A stretch of DNA of 64,000 nt from a virus, in the IMG/VR virus record IMGVR_UViG_3300037485_001282, positions 32,001-96,000 of that record; one strand, written 5' to 3'. Position 1 is the stretch's first letter. Each line of letters opens with the position of its first letter. The notes below the pieces were generated by a model. It worked only from the letters and a program-made list of their open reading frames with translations, did no database searches and was not told the origin of the DNA. Of this stretch, positions 20,201 through 29,585 are shown piece after piece. Position numbers and translations under genes: made by a program.

Positions 20201-21315
20201 ATTTTTTCCCCTATCTTCTTGAGAGCGGCTCTATATTCCTCTTCTGAAAATTGACTACCTAATTTACTTAAAGTTCTCTTCGAGTTAATTAAATATTCCC
20301 ATATTTTTTTCTTTTTATCGTCATCAAAGCTACTATTAATATACTTAAGAGTCTTAGTTAAACTATAAAGATCATCTTCGGTTGCTGTCTTTCCTAAAAG
20401 AATCTTAGCGATATTCTCAGGATACAATAGTGACAATTTGTTAATAGGTGATTCTAGTAAATCAAATGACTTAGATGTTTCTTGACCTTTAATTTTAACT
20501 ATGCCTTTTAACATCAATCCATTTATAGCAGATGATAATACTATTTTCTTATATTTACTAAAAACTGGAGTAACATCTAAGGAACTAGAAGTTACTTGTT
20601 CGCCACTTTCTAGTGACTTTAAGTTTACTTCATTTCCTTTTTTGGATAAACAGATAAACTCTTTTCCTTTAAATGTTACTCGCATTCCTTTTCTAATAGA
20701 AGTATTATTGGCGATGTCACTGTAGTTTTTTCTAAAATTTATTTGAACTTGATTCATTAACTTATCATAATCCATTGATGTTATATCTGCTACTTCCTTA
20801 ACGAAAGTTTCGGTAGATATTAGTCTGCATAATGCGTTGTGAACATCTATTAGAAAAATAGAGTTTATATCATTAACTTCATCGTCTATTGATAAAGATT
20901 TCCAATATTTTAGATATTTTTTAATATCTTCATCTACAATAAGTAAGAAGTTAATCTTTACGCCACTTATAGTTACAAAAATATCAGATGTAGTGGAAGT
21001 AACTATTTCCCCACTTTTTGCGATTTCTTCTTTTATTTTACTAAATGCTTCTTTTGGATCTAATTTATCGTCTAAATATAAATCAACATCTAAGTTTTTA
21101 ATTCCTTGGGTAATCTTTTTAGTCTCTGCTGTATTTGTATTTTCGTCTTCTAGATCCTCGACTGCTTTTTTTATGCTTTTCTTAAAAAAACGATAAGCTA
21201 ACTTAGTTGCGCCAATATCAAATAATGGTTCCTTTGATATTAGGTTCTTTTCTTTTAAGTTCTCTATTACTTTGTTAATGAAATTAAACGCAACTATTGT
21301 TTTATATTCGGACAT
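17224..21315 (-). CDS. Large multidomain (polyvalent) protein with an ADP-ribosyltransferase-like domain; putative head-packaged protein
   Basis: FEDWFRGSKLVDDSGKPRVFYHGT...GIFFS...A..YG...YL...PF matches polyvalent-protein ART domains; two C-terminal tandem repeats; GATAAATA late-like motif upstream. Confidence 0.7.
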   Translation of the reverse strand: MSEYKTIVAFNFINKVIENLKEKNLISKEPLFDIGATKLAYRFFKKSIKKAVEDLEDENTNTAETKKITQGIKNLDVDLYLDDKLDPKEAFSKIKEEIAKSGEIVTSTTSDIFVTISGVKINFLLIVDEDIKKYLKYWKSLSIDDEVNDINSIFLIDVHNALCRLISTETFVKEVADITSMDYDKLMNQVQINFRKNYSDIANNTSIRKGMRVTFKGKEFICLSKKGNEVNLKSLESGEQVTSSSLDVTPVFSKYKKIVLSSAINGLMLKGIVKIKGQETSKSFDLLESPINKLSLLYPENIAKILLGKTATEDDLYSLTKTLKYINSSFDDDKKKKIWEYLINSKRTLSKLGSQFSEEEYRAALKKIGEKIGINKILDQDFPVIPIDKEISNLTEQANSLIYNEEKKTKRIPKLDGDPTELSTSDYIDLLEIIYPHITKGNLVADNTEVNIVEKIDALYCQFGLNKNKDFFMESRDSGEVTKDNYETKFSDNETFKNTFKFLLENKLVISVLNSLSKELDDPIKFEAELIVNPNADDIEAPIKVKEVSYDRKIVGNQGSFMVFNAQVLDGKNWTQPNRTTLNKLITNVQDADSKEWRVFSDTTHASIAEPLSIDFNFKQLDTYLKSENGITKLKELLNSKLTPEKRRVVELLTESKKKIQEALDTHSNNVKSNFSPDAIEGLIIRAKAKEGKVIEFKAYSENYVNEKETNSKLKNETVDIISNLKAQIKSKLLHLNVNSDTSVTQSLYQVSSKDPSIQDPSQIITETLKSLVKETADFSNVKKEAIELLRGSRNKLIELKDAILLTKETSDPIKYKSNIKLLKDTSNELKRYSKILKGNSEGIDYLIEVFKSIYKVPLEKILGESFNYLNEEVSRNDNSDFEDWFRGSKLVDDSGKPRVFYHGTNEKFNKFEIGKKSIRSVLFDEYEVTSSGIFFSESAKDARGYGRYVNSFYLRSYKPFLSPDMIPASTLDSTECVKVYNDCLYIFEPAIVEKNGKRYIEVENGINYKEVINDEKSEDCGEWLMAIFSENLIDWNMLDKPEVVKRIKEKGYDSVEVAENKDYSGKSMFIMDMDNIWLNTKSLNEDFSVHDDETETFDLPDCFIDREGNRINITNLSHNEFAADQGYNDAIDYVRKTGNIRWSEITNSIDIGQPMTRDQIEVIKKICKYSPIVKRGENIIVEVWNDDGAAICLNSSPTNEIWLSRVIQASKVNRKAVSENFSLNDDDFEDTFDFPRGFIGRDGEAIEIGRQSHMSYARSQGYDCDIEYCIGTGNVRWSEELNGMTIGQPLTSEQINIIKMLAKYSFQVKKGENIFIDVWNKNQTLVDTFETSPTNDIWLAKVIEATKSEKEKGNEKWRKSAE

Positions 21316-21365
21316 AGATCCCCCGCACTCTTATTTATCTATTTTAGTATATTATAACGAGAAAC

Positions 21366-21397
21366 AAAAAAAGGAACGTATATTCTACGTTCCTTTT
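21366..21397 (-). terminator. Intrinsic terminator (possibly bidirectional)
   Basis: AAAAGGAACGTA-tattc-TACGTTCCTTTT perfect stem with a T7 run on the minus strand. Confidence 0.75.
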
Positions 21398-21418
21398 CTG
21401 AATCTATTAAGATTGAAT

Positions 21419-22000
21419 TCACTTTTTCTTTTTGAGTTTGCCTTTACTTTCAGCTAATTCTTCTGGTTGGGCTTCTGGTTGAGTTTCGAGTTCGCCACCA
21501 CCAATATCATCTAATCCTGCGGCATCGCCAATTTCGCCTTCTCCACCATGTTCAGCTTCACCACTTTCTTCGGCAGCGATTGCTTCAATAGCAGATGAAA
21601 GTTCCTTAGCAGCAGCGGTTAAACGTTCCCATGGAGTTAATTCGGCTGGGGCACCACCAATATCGCCGCCTTCTTCACCACCGATACTACCCATATCTTC
21701 GTCACCTTCTGTTGCGCCTGCGTCATCTATACCGCCAACATCAGCGTCGATACTTTCGGGAGCGCCAGTATCTTCATTTTCCTCTTCAGCAAGATTTTCA
21801 ACGCCTGCTGGTGGTTTTGCTAATGGGGTGCGGACATTCTTGGCAGTTCCAGTTGCAGCGACCTTGCGAACTAGTTTGATATTCTCTCCATCACCAGTTC
21901 CGCGAGTAATATCGCCTTCTTTTAAAGTTGGCTCTAAAGTTTCCCAAGCCTCTTTAATAAGTCTGGTTTTGTTGTCGTCATTGAGATTATAAGCAGTCAT
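21419..22000 (-). CDS. Acidic Gly/Glu-rich late protein, putative prohead core/internal protein
   Basis: GGAGG RBS, TATAAATA upstream, multiple (I/L)xE motifs (LIKE, LKE, LAEE, LAES). Confidence 0.55.
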   Translation of the reverse strand: MTAYNLNDDNKTRLIKEAWETLEPTLKEGDITRGTGDGENIKLVRKVAATGTAKNVRTPLAKPPAGVENLAEEENEDTGAPESIDADVGGIDDAGATEGDEDMGSIGGEEGGDIGGAPAELTPWERLTAAAKELSSAIEAIAAEESGEAEHGGEGEIGDAAGLDDIGGGELETQPEAQPEELAESKGKLKKKK

Positions 22001-22030
22001 GTGATCCTCCGTTTGGATTAAGATAATATT

Positions 22031-22038
22031 TATTTATA
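22031..22038 (-). promoter_or_regulatory. T4-type late promoter
   Basis: Exact TATAAATA on the minus strand. Confidence 0.7.
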
Positions 22039-22142
22039 TGCGAGACACTAATTTTTTTCATTAAGTCAATTTTCTAGTTCAGTAGAATAATAAAAAATCA
22101 AATAAATGATATAATCATTTAGTTATTTATAAAAGGAAATAC

Positions 22143-22877
22143 ATGCCATTAAACGTAGGAATCGGGTTGTGTTCATATAAAAGACCCGATTTAGCAAATA
22201 AGATATGCTCGGAGATTATATCTACGGTAGATAACTCCAAATACAATATACAGACCGTTTGTAGTGTGGATGATTTGAATATTTCTGGGTATGAAACAGT
22301 TAAGTCGCGGTTTAACTTAATATATGGGGAAAATAGTGGAATATCAGTTAATAAGAATAGACTTTTAAAGTTCCTAAAAGGAAACGATGTTATTTTTATA
22401 GTTGAAGATGATATTAGCTTTATTAAGCCTGGGTGGATTGACATTTATCTAAATGCTATACAAGTAACTGGAATACAACACTTTAACTATATAGTATCTG
22501 ATTATAGAAAGTTTATTACGAAAATTTTAAAATTTAATGAAGAAGTTTCCCTCGGTATAACTGGCCCATATGTCAATGGTGTTCTAATGGTTATGACGAA
22601 AAAATGTATAGATACTGTTGGTGGGTTTGATATGCGGTTTAAAAAGTATGGGTATGAGCACGCTGAATTTACTAGAAGATGTTCATTAAATAACCTTTAT
22701 CCACCACAGCATGTGCATTTGATGTCTGCTTCTGATTATATTGGGTGGGAACACTCTGATTCGGTTATAATTAGTTCCGAGAAACAAGAATTTATAGACT
22801 ATAACGCCAAAATCTTCCACACTATTGTTAATAAAAACTTTATTCCTTATGAAACGGTTGGGTACATAAATGCATGA
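22143..22877 (+). CDS. GT2 family glycosyltransferase
   Basis: SYKRP, VDD, N.GIS.NKN, IFIVEDD, VGGFD.RF..YGYEH. Confidence 0.85.
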   Translation: MPLNVGIGLCSYKRPDLANKICSEIISTVDNSKYNIQTVCSVDDLNISGYETVKSRFNLIYGENSGISVNKNRLLKFLKGNDVIFIVEDDISFIKPGWIDIYLNAIQVTGIQHFNYIVSDYRKFITKILKFNEEVSLGITGPYVNGVLMVMTKKCIDTVGGFDMRFKKYGYEHAEFTRRCSLNNLYPPQHVHLMSASDYIGWEHSDSVIISSEKQEFIDYNAKIFHTIVNKNFIPYETVGYINA

Positions 22878-23646
22878 TATAAGAGATGTTACATTCAATA
22901 TTCCAGTGAAAATAGATCAGCCCGATAGATTACGAAATTTATCTATAGTGATGGGGTATTTAAATAAATATTTTAAAACCAACATAATACTATCAGAAAT
23001 GGATGAATCTAGTAAATTAAATGATTTATTTAAAGATATATCGTTTAAGCACGTATTCATGAAAACAAGTAGTCCATATTTTCATCGAACCATGATGCTT
23101 AACTATATGGCAAAGGTATCAACAACACCAATTATAGTTAATTATGACTGTGATATTTTATTAACTCCAGATCAAATAGTTGAGGCTGTGAATAAAATAA
23201 GGTTCTTTGGAGAAGAAATGGTTTTTCCATATGATGGGAATTTCTATGACGTACAGCCTCAATATATAGATCTAATTAAAAACAACTTAGCTATAGAAAC
23301 TATATCCACTAGAACAATGTGTAAAAATTTACGACCAGAAGGAGATTCTGTTGGTGGGGTTATCTTTTGGAAAAAAAGTAAATTTATGGAAATAGGTATG
23401 GAAAATGAAAATTTCATATCATGGGGGTTCGAGGATACCGAAAGATACGAAAGAGCGAAGAAACTAAATGTAAAAATATACAGAGGAAACGGTGGGTTAA
23501 TTCACTTACATCACAACTCAAGTCTTAACAGCGCCAACGCATCTCATCCGTTTTATCTTCAAAACGAAAACGAATACAAAAAAGTTAATCAAATGAGTCC
23601 AGACACATTACTAAATTACGTTAAAACATGGGCTTGGGCAAAATAA
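22870..23646 (+). CDS. GT2/GT7-like (galactosyltransferase-type) glycosyltransferase
   Basis: YDCD, VGG, GMENENFISWGFED, IHLHH. Confidence 0.85.
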   Translation: MHDIRDVTFNIPVKIDQPDRLRNLSIVMGYLNKYFKTNIILSEMDESSKLNDLFKDISFKHVFMKTSSPYFHRTMMLNYMAKVSTTPIIVNYDCDILLTPDQIVEAVNKIRFFGEEMVFPYDGNFYDVQPQYIDLIKNNLAIETISTRTMCKNLRPEGDSVGGVIFWKKSKFMEIGMENENFISWGFEDTERYERAKKLNVKIYRGNGGLIHLHHNSSLNSANASHPFYLQNENEYKKVNQMSPDTLLNYVKTWAWAK

Positions 23647-24672
23647 ATGTCAATATACAAAAATATATTAAAAAGACCAATAAAAATATTAATGCATGGA
23701 ATTAGAAAGATAGTTTTACCTGGACAAAAAATAGAAGGAGGGGAAGAACTGAGAAGTTATGCTGGATTGATGAAAATAGAATCAAAAAATAATGAAGAAA
23801 GAAATAACCTAATATCGAATGCGTTTGAAAAATATTTTGGGGATCTAAAAATAGAAACACATACTAGAATAGTAACTAATGAGGAAATTATGGAAAAAGC
23901 GGATTTAACCGACGTAACATTCAATATACCTATATCTATAGAGTCAGAAGACCGAAAAAACAACCTAACTCTTATATTAGATTATATTGGGAAATATTTT
24001 AACACAAATGTAATTATTTGTGAGAGTTCCGAAAAAATGAATATTAAGGATTTTTGGAAACCAGAATGGTCTTCATTTGTTAGAATTCTCTTTGCGGAAA
24101 ATAAAACTCAATTTTTCTATAAAACAAAGCTACTAAACGAATTAGCAAAAATGTCAAAGACCGAGATAATTGTTAGCTATGATAGCGATGTTATTTTAAG
24201 CCCGAGTTTATATATACAAGCAGCAAACGCAATTAGAAACAAAGAATATGATTTCTGCTACCCATTCAATAAACCACTTAAGCATATAAAAAAGGAAACT
24301 TTCCCATTAATTAGAGACACTCTAGATGTATCGATTATCGACCCACACACGGAAATAACTCATCCAGGGGTTCCTCCAGGTGGATGCTTCTTTATGAATA
24401 GAGAAAAATTTATAATGGCTGGAATGGAAAACGAAAATATGATTTCCTGGGGACCAGAAGATCAAGAGCGTTTATACAGAGTTCGAAAGTTAGGATATAC
24501 TGTTGGGGCGTTAAATGGATCTCTTTATCATCTAGATCACCATATCACACCAAATAGTTTCTATACAAACCCGATTTATCATAAAAACGTGGATGAGTTT
24601 AATAAAATACAGAAAATGTCATTAACCGATCTAGAAGATTATATTAAAACTTTTTATTGGATCAAAAAATGA
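23647..24672 (+). CDS. GT2/GT7-like glycosyltransferase with extra N-terminal module; paralog of the upstream gene
   Basis: DVTFNIP, YDSD, GMENENMISWGPED, YHLDH. Confidence 0.85.
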   Translation: MSIYKNILKRPIKILMHGIRKIVLPGQKIEGGEELRSYAGLMKIESKNNEERNNLISNAFEKYFGDLKIETHTRIVTNEEIMEKADLTDVTFNIPISIESEDRKNNLTLILDYIGKYFNTNVIICESSEKMNIKDFWKPEWSSFVRILFAENKTQFFYKTKLLNELAKMSKTEIIVSYDSDVILSPSLYIQAANAIRNKEYDFCYPFNKPLKHIKKETFPLIRDTLDVSIIDPHTEITHPGVPPGGCFFMNREKFIMAGMENENMISWGPEDQERLYRVRKLGYTVGALNGSLYHLDHHITPNSFYTNPIYHKNVDEFNKIQKMSLTDLEDYIKTFYWIKK

Positions 24673-25526
24673 AAATACAGATTTTCTCAGACTTTGCCAC
24701 TCCTTCAGAAATTCTAGGAGCTATGCGTTCCTGGGGCAAGGATATTCAGTATAAAAATATTGAATTTGTGTGTGACAATAATTTCTCTCACGCTGTAATT
24801 ATTAATACAGCAACTCCATCTCTTTCTATACCAAAAGAAAATGTGATGACTTTTATGTGGGAACCATATGAGCTTTTAAATATGCCAAGGTTTATGGAAT
24901 ACAATAAGCAACATAGTGGATGCATAATTAACCACGATAAAAACTTCATGAATGGTCCTATTGTTAAAGAATGGATTCCATTTCTACCGCCACTTCCACT
25001 AAATCAAACTTATAATCCAATCAAAACCAATGTAATGAGCATAATAGCCTCAACGAAATCATACTTACCTGGACATTCACTAAGACATCAAATAATCCAA
25101 AGAATTCTTAAATCTGATTTAGATATTCATATATATGGAAACGGTATAGAAAGTATATACGGTAAAGAAGATAAAAGAATTAAAGGAACTCTAGTTAATA
25201 AAGAAGATGGGCTTCTTCCGTATCTATATACTATATCTTTAGAAAACACAAGATATAACTATTATGTTACAGAAAAATTCACAGATCCTATTATTTGTGG
25301 ATGTGTTCCTCTTTATTGGGGTGCTAATTGCATAACTAATGTTTATGGAAACGAATCTCATTTTGATCTACCAAATACAACTAACGCCGATGAGATATTT
25401 GATTGTATTAAAGTGATTTTTAATAACCCATCAAAGTACCTTAAAGATACTTCAAAGGTTATTAATCAACTAAAAGGTACTAATAATTTACCTCATTATA
25501 TTTGGAGTCACTTCAACGAGAAGTAA
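24669..25526 (+). CDS. GT10 (fucosyltransferase-like) glycosyltransferase
   Basis: S.K....GH.LR, IHIYG.G, K..GL..Y.YTISLEN...YYVTEKF.D......VPLYWG. Start revised to the ATG of MKIQ (approximate). Confidence 0.82.
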   Translation: MKIQIFSDFATPSEILGAMRSWGKDIQYKNIEFVCDNNFSHAVIINTATPSLSIPKENVMTFMWEPYELLNMPRFMEYNKQHSGCIINHDKNFMNGPIVKEWIPFLPPLPLNQTYNPIKTNVMSIIASTKSYLPGHSLRHQIIQRILKSDLDIHIYGNGIESIYGKEDKRIKGTLVNKEDGLLPYLYTISLENTRYNYYVTEKFTDPIICGCVPLYWGANCITNVYGNESHFDLPNTTNADEIFDCIKVIFNNPSKYLKDTSKVINQLKGTNNLPHYIWSHFNEK

Positions 25527-26340
25527 AGTTAAGATTCATTTCGAAATGTGGGCTAGGGGTCATTAGATCATAAATCCCATTAGTATCTATTATAGCCCCT
25601 TTAAGAAACTTAGAGTTAATCTCTTCGGCTGTTAATAGACAAGTTACTCCAGCGTGATTTCCATTTTCTTCTTGGACTTTATTTGCTGGGATATTTAGTA
25701 TCTTAGCCTTTTCAAAACAAAGCATAGATTTTCTATTTCTTGGTGAATTTGCTGCTAAGTAAGATTCAAATGTGTTGGGAGCTTTATATGGCGCATTTTC
25801 TATTGTTGAGATAATATCAAACGTTCTGAACAAATGACCATCCACGGACATTGGATAACCCCAGTCGCTAGGGTATCCATGAAATAGATCATTATTAGCG
25901 GCATCGATCCAGTTCCACAAAAAGTTATGTAATTTCGGAATCTTCACGTCTCTTTTTTGGGTATAGCATTTACTAATATAAGGAGCCATTCTCAAAGATA
26001 CTGTTAAAATATCTTCATGATACATGAAAGTTTTAATTGGAGTTTCTTCTAACCCAAATCGTCTAATGAAAACATTATCATCAACTAAAAACATAGTATA
26101 TTCATCTGCTCTAGTTACTAGTTGAATTAAATCATTTTTAAAATTATGTTCTCTAATAAAATTAAATTCAGGGTGTAGTTTCATTAATAAACTATACCCA
26201 GCATCAAATTCTTCGGTAGTTGATTTATATAAAATGGAAATTCTATTCTCATTCCATTTAACAAACTTTTCTTTAATTGAACGTAAAAGCAACTCTAATT
26301 GGCATGCTCTGTTCTTTGAGAATATTACTATGTTAACCAT
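25513..26340 (-). CDS. GT-A fold glycosyltransferase-like protein
   Basis: IFSKNRACQL, MFLVDD, WGYPMSVDGH. Confidence 0.65.
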   Translation of the reverse strand: MVNIVIFSKNRACQLELLLRSIKEKFVKWNENRISILYKSTTEEFDAGYSLLMKLHPEFNFIREHNFKNDLIQLVTRADEYTMFLVDDNVFIRRFGLEETPIKTFMYHEDILTVSLRMAPYISKCYTQKRDVKIPKLHNFLWNWIDAANNDLFHGYPSDWGYPMSVDGHLFRTFDIISTIENAPYKAPNTFESYLAANSPRNRKSMLCFEKAKILNIPANKVQEENGNHAGVTCLLTAEEINSKFLKGAIIDTNGIYDLMTPSPHFEMNLNFTSR

Positions 26341-26350
26341 TGGTTTGTTC

Positions 26351-27037
26351 CTAGATTCTTGAAGCGTAGAATTTTTCGACTGGGAATTGCCAACTAGTGT
26401 TATGAGGCGGGGGTCCAGTTTTTCCCCCAGGTGATTCTAGTTCCAATATATCACCGTACAAATTTACTTCAGATAAGTTATATCCTTCTTCTTCAAAAAA
26501 GAAACCATATCCACCCTCAAGGCATCCAACGTCTCCACGGGAACTTGGAAGTAACTTATCTACTCCTTTTGCTTCCAGTTTCTCCATTAAGGTTCTTTTT
26601 ATAAAAAACAGAGGACCATAACAGCCTTTTCCATTAAACTTATCTGGAGTGTAACTATATCCAGTTTCGTTAGTTATCTTCTCAGCCCAGGCATTAAATG
26701 AAGGAGCTACTGTTCTATTAAAAGTTGCTAGAGTTACTAAATCTCGTTCCTTTAAATAATCCAAATTGGCTTTTATTCGCATAGTATCGTGAAGGAAATA
26801 GTAGAAATCTCTTTTATATTTCTTAAAGGCATGCCAATAAGCGCCTATCATCCAATTTTTGTTACCAACATCTTCTATTATTACATTATATGGTTTAAGT
26901 AAATCAAAATAAGACTTATCATCTGAGTCACTATCAACTACTACTATTTCCTCAGTTGGATGAAAGTTCCTAATATCTTGAACTAATGGTAAAATGTGGT
27001 TATTCTTTGATGAATACTTACATGGGATAACAAACAT
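26351..27037 (-). CDS. GT2-like glycosyltransferase
   Basis: IVVVDSDSDD, YFLHD. Confidence 0.6.
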   Translation of the reverse strand: MFVIPCKYSSKNNHILPLVQDIRNFHPTEEIVVVDSDSDDKSYFDLLKPYNVIIEDVGNKNWMIGAYWHAFKKYKRDFYYFLHDTMRIKANLDYLKERDLVTLATFNRTVAPSFNAWAEKITNETGYSYTPDKFNGKGCYGPLFFIKRTLMEKLEAKGVDKLLPSSRGDVGCLEGGYGFFFEEEGYNLSEVNLYGDILELESPGGKTGPPPHNTSWQFPVEKFYASRI

Positions 27038-27048
27038 TTAAATTCCTT

Positions 27049-27516
27049 TTAAAAATAATTAAAAATGTAATCGGTGCAAATACCTAAACAAGACCGAAGA
27101 TCCTGATTTGAATAAGTTACTCTATGATTCTCTGGTAATACGCATATACTATTGGAAGTCAATTTTTTCCCTGGATAAGCCCATATAAAGTTCCTTGAAG
27201 TTAATACGAAATCATCTTTATCGTGAAAGAAACAATTATGTGTGTCTTTTAAGGAGAATAAAGCATCTAGGTTTTTACAGTGAACCCAAAGATGATCATA
27301 GTAACTATCAAGGAAATCTGTAGAAACTGGATATTGAGGATAATCATGTCCTAAGAAAAACCGATTATCTTCTTTCCATACATCTATTTCAACATCAAAC
27401 GAAAATTCGGTAATACAAAGTTTTATTTGAGTTATTGTGTTTTCTGTTTTTGGGTCTGGTCCATTTAAATTACCTCGATGGGAAATACGATACTGATTAT
27501 ACTTCGAATTTATCAT
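27049..27516 (-). CDS. Glycerophosphodiester phosphodiesterase/PI-PLC-like protein
   Basis: ISHRGN, ENT, FDVEIDV, LGHD, WVHCKN, GICTD. Confidence 0.75.
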   Translation of the reverse strand: MINSKYNQYRISHRGNLNGPDPKTENTITQIKLCITEFSFDVEIDVWKEDNRFFLGHDYPQYPVSTDFLDSYYDHLWVHCKNLDALFSLKDTHNCFFHDKDDFVLTSRNFIWAYPGKKLTSNSICVLPENHRVTYSNQDLRSCLGICTDYIFNYF

Positions 27517-27817
27517 TTTTCGCTCCAGGAACCTTAACTACAACAGTTTTAGTATCCTCTAATACTCTAAAATCAGTAACTTCTAGTGGATTGATGATAA
27601 TAATATCTCCTTTTTTATACTGGATATTATTCATCTCAACTAATCCATCTGATAGAAAAGTAATTTCAGTGGCTATTTTATGATAATGCCCTGGATGATA
27701 CTCTCCCTTTTTGTATTCCTTATAAGCAACTTCGCAACTACTTGTGCTAAAAGCTACTGGAGTAATATCGCCAACAAACCACCCCTTTATCATGTTTTCT
27801 ATATTAAAAACGTTCAT
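27497..27817 (-). CDS. Cupin-domain protein
   Basis: GWFVGD, H..HYHK.ATEI, GDII.I.P. Confidence 0.75.
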   Translation of the reverse strand: MNVFNIENMIKGWFVGDITPVAFSTSSCEVAYKEYKKGEYHPGHYHKIATEITFLSDGLVEMNNIQYKKGDIIIINPLEVTDFRVLEDTKTVVVKVPGAKNDKFEV

Positions 27818-28605
27818 ATTACACCCTGTCCCCTTTCTAAACTTTCTATTTTTCTTTGGTCATAGTGTTGGTAATCATGCACTAACTCTGAATCTGGTAT
27901 AACTAGTCTTCTCAACTCTTCCCCAGTCGCATCGGACATTTCAGTAAAATATCTTCCCTTTTCCTTTAAGAGTCGATTTGTCGAATGTCTATTGAAAGAC
28001 ACATTGTATTTTTTCTGTAAAGCGTGGCACCATCTAAAGTCTTCACCGTCACCCCAACTTAACGCTTCTTCTAATGGAAACTCATGCATTATTTGCTTCT
28101 TGCCAACCCAATAATATCCGCCAATTACCACAAAGTGATTCAAATGAGTAATATCGTGTGGAATTAAATATGCTGGAGTTATTAGTTTATTAGTTAAGTA
28201 AGTATTTAGTTTCTCTGATCGGGCTGGGGAAACTATCCAATCTCTAAATCTTTCTCCAGTAACACAGTATATTCTATTGGAACATACATTAAAGTTATTA
28301 CCAAATTTAAGGAATCCTTCGTACCAATCTGGATCATAGGTTAAATAGTCATGTGAATAAACTACGTTCTCATATCTAGCTAACCAAGTAATTATGTTCT
28401 TTTTTCTAGTTATCCAATTCGGCTTTATTGATTCATTAAATGGGATATGTGATGTATTCTTTCGACATGGATTATTACCGCCAACTATAATTACTTCATA
28501 ACTATCTTCTGGGATATTTAGTCTTTCAATAGAGTCTATAATAGTATTAATTCTAAAAAGATTATCTGGATGTGGGAACGTAATTATTCCAAAAGTAAAT
28601 TTCAT
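27814..28605 (-). CDS. GT2-like glycosyltransferase (paralog of 32842-33519)
   Basis: MKFTFGIIT, YEVIIVG, WITRKKN, HDY, W..GED. Confidence 0.75.
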   Translation of the reverse strand: MKFTFGIITFPHPDNLFRINTIIDSIERLNIPEDSYEVIIVGGNNPCRKNTSHIPFNESIKPNWITRKKNIITWLARYENVVYSHDYLTYDPDWYEGFLKFGNNFNVCSNRIYCVTGERFRDWIVSPARSEKLNTYLTNKLITPAYLIPHDITHLNHFVVIGGYYWVGKKQIMHEFPLEEALSWGDGEDFRWCHALQKKYNVSFNRHSTNRLLKEKGRYFTEMSDATGEELRRLVIPDSELVHDYQHYDQRKIESLERGQGVI

Positions 28606-29585
28606 GGTTGGGTTTCCTTTAAATATTCTTTCATAGCGTTAAAAAACAAGTCTGCTATTTCTTTGTAATATACTCTACCTGTTACGTTTATGGTGTTATA
28701 TGCAGGATGTACGGCGAAAGCGTTATTAATGAATACCATTTTTAAATTATGAATTTGTCTAAACTTATTAACTGGAACTTCATCGAAGTCATCAACATAA
28801 AGTGATCTATTATTAATTATCTCAGCGTATCTATCGGTTCTAATAGCAAAGAAACTATTACAGTAATAGGGTCTATTATTATCAAAATTAAAACTTAGTT
28901 CCTTGTTTTCAAACAGCCGAGGGATTCTTTCGATAATTCTTTCATTGAGGTACTGTTGGGCTTCTAAAGAAACTCTTATTGGGTGGATCCCCATGAAATG
29001 ATGGTTATTAGTTGCTACAAGAGAATAGAAAGACTCTATATTCCAATTAGGCGCATGAATAGTCGCTGAGTTCAGTCTCTCATAATTTGCTCCCCAGATA
29101 TTATCTATATGAGTATTCTTGAAGATAGAATATAAATGTTGCTTTATATGATCTTCATCTTTAAAGAAATTATCTATAAACATATCTACAGTAGGAATAC
29201 CAGTTGATAGAAGAGGAGCAACAAACAAATTATTATTATCATCTAGAACATTAATGTTTTCTATCAAAAAATCCCAAGTTTTAGTAGTAACGAAAACGTC
29301 TTCATCTAGTTTAACACAATATTTACCGCTAGTCTCTACACTATTTTTTATCCGCATCATATATTCGTTGTAAAAAGGCGAATAAAGAGTAGTGTTAATT
29401 CCGTTAGAGTCTAAATCAGCTTTAATAGCATCCCAGTCTCTTCTCCCACAACCAGTATGAGACCCATAAAGATTTACGCTTATCTTTTGTTTATTTTCTG
29501 GCTTAATTCTTTTAAGCTGATGAAAAATTTCATCAAGGTACATGGGGCGAGCAAGAGGGATAGCGTTAATAGTAATTAGGCTCAT
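28602..29585 (-). CDS. GT-A glycosyltransferase-like protein
   Basis: YCVKLDEDVF DxD motif; island context. Confidence 0.55.
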   Translation of the reverse strand: MSLITINAIPLARPMYLDEIFHQLKRIKPENKQKISVNLYGSHTGCGRRDWDAIKADLDSNGINTTLYSPFYNEYMMRIKNSVETSGKYCVKLDEDVFVTTKTWDFLIENINVLDDNNNLFVAPLLSTGIPTVDMFIDNFFKDEDHIKQHLYSIFKNTHIDNIWGANYERLNSATIHAPNWNIESFYSLVATNNHHFMGIHPIRVSLEAQQYLNERIIERIPRLFENKELSFNFDNNRPYYCNSFFAIRTDRYAEIINNRSLYVDDFDEVPVNKFRQIHNLKMVFINNAFAVHPAYNTINVTGRVYYKEIADLFFNAMKEYLKETQP

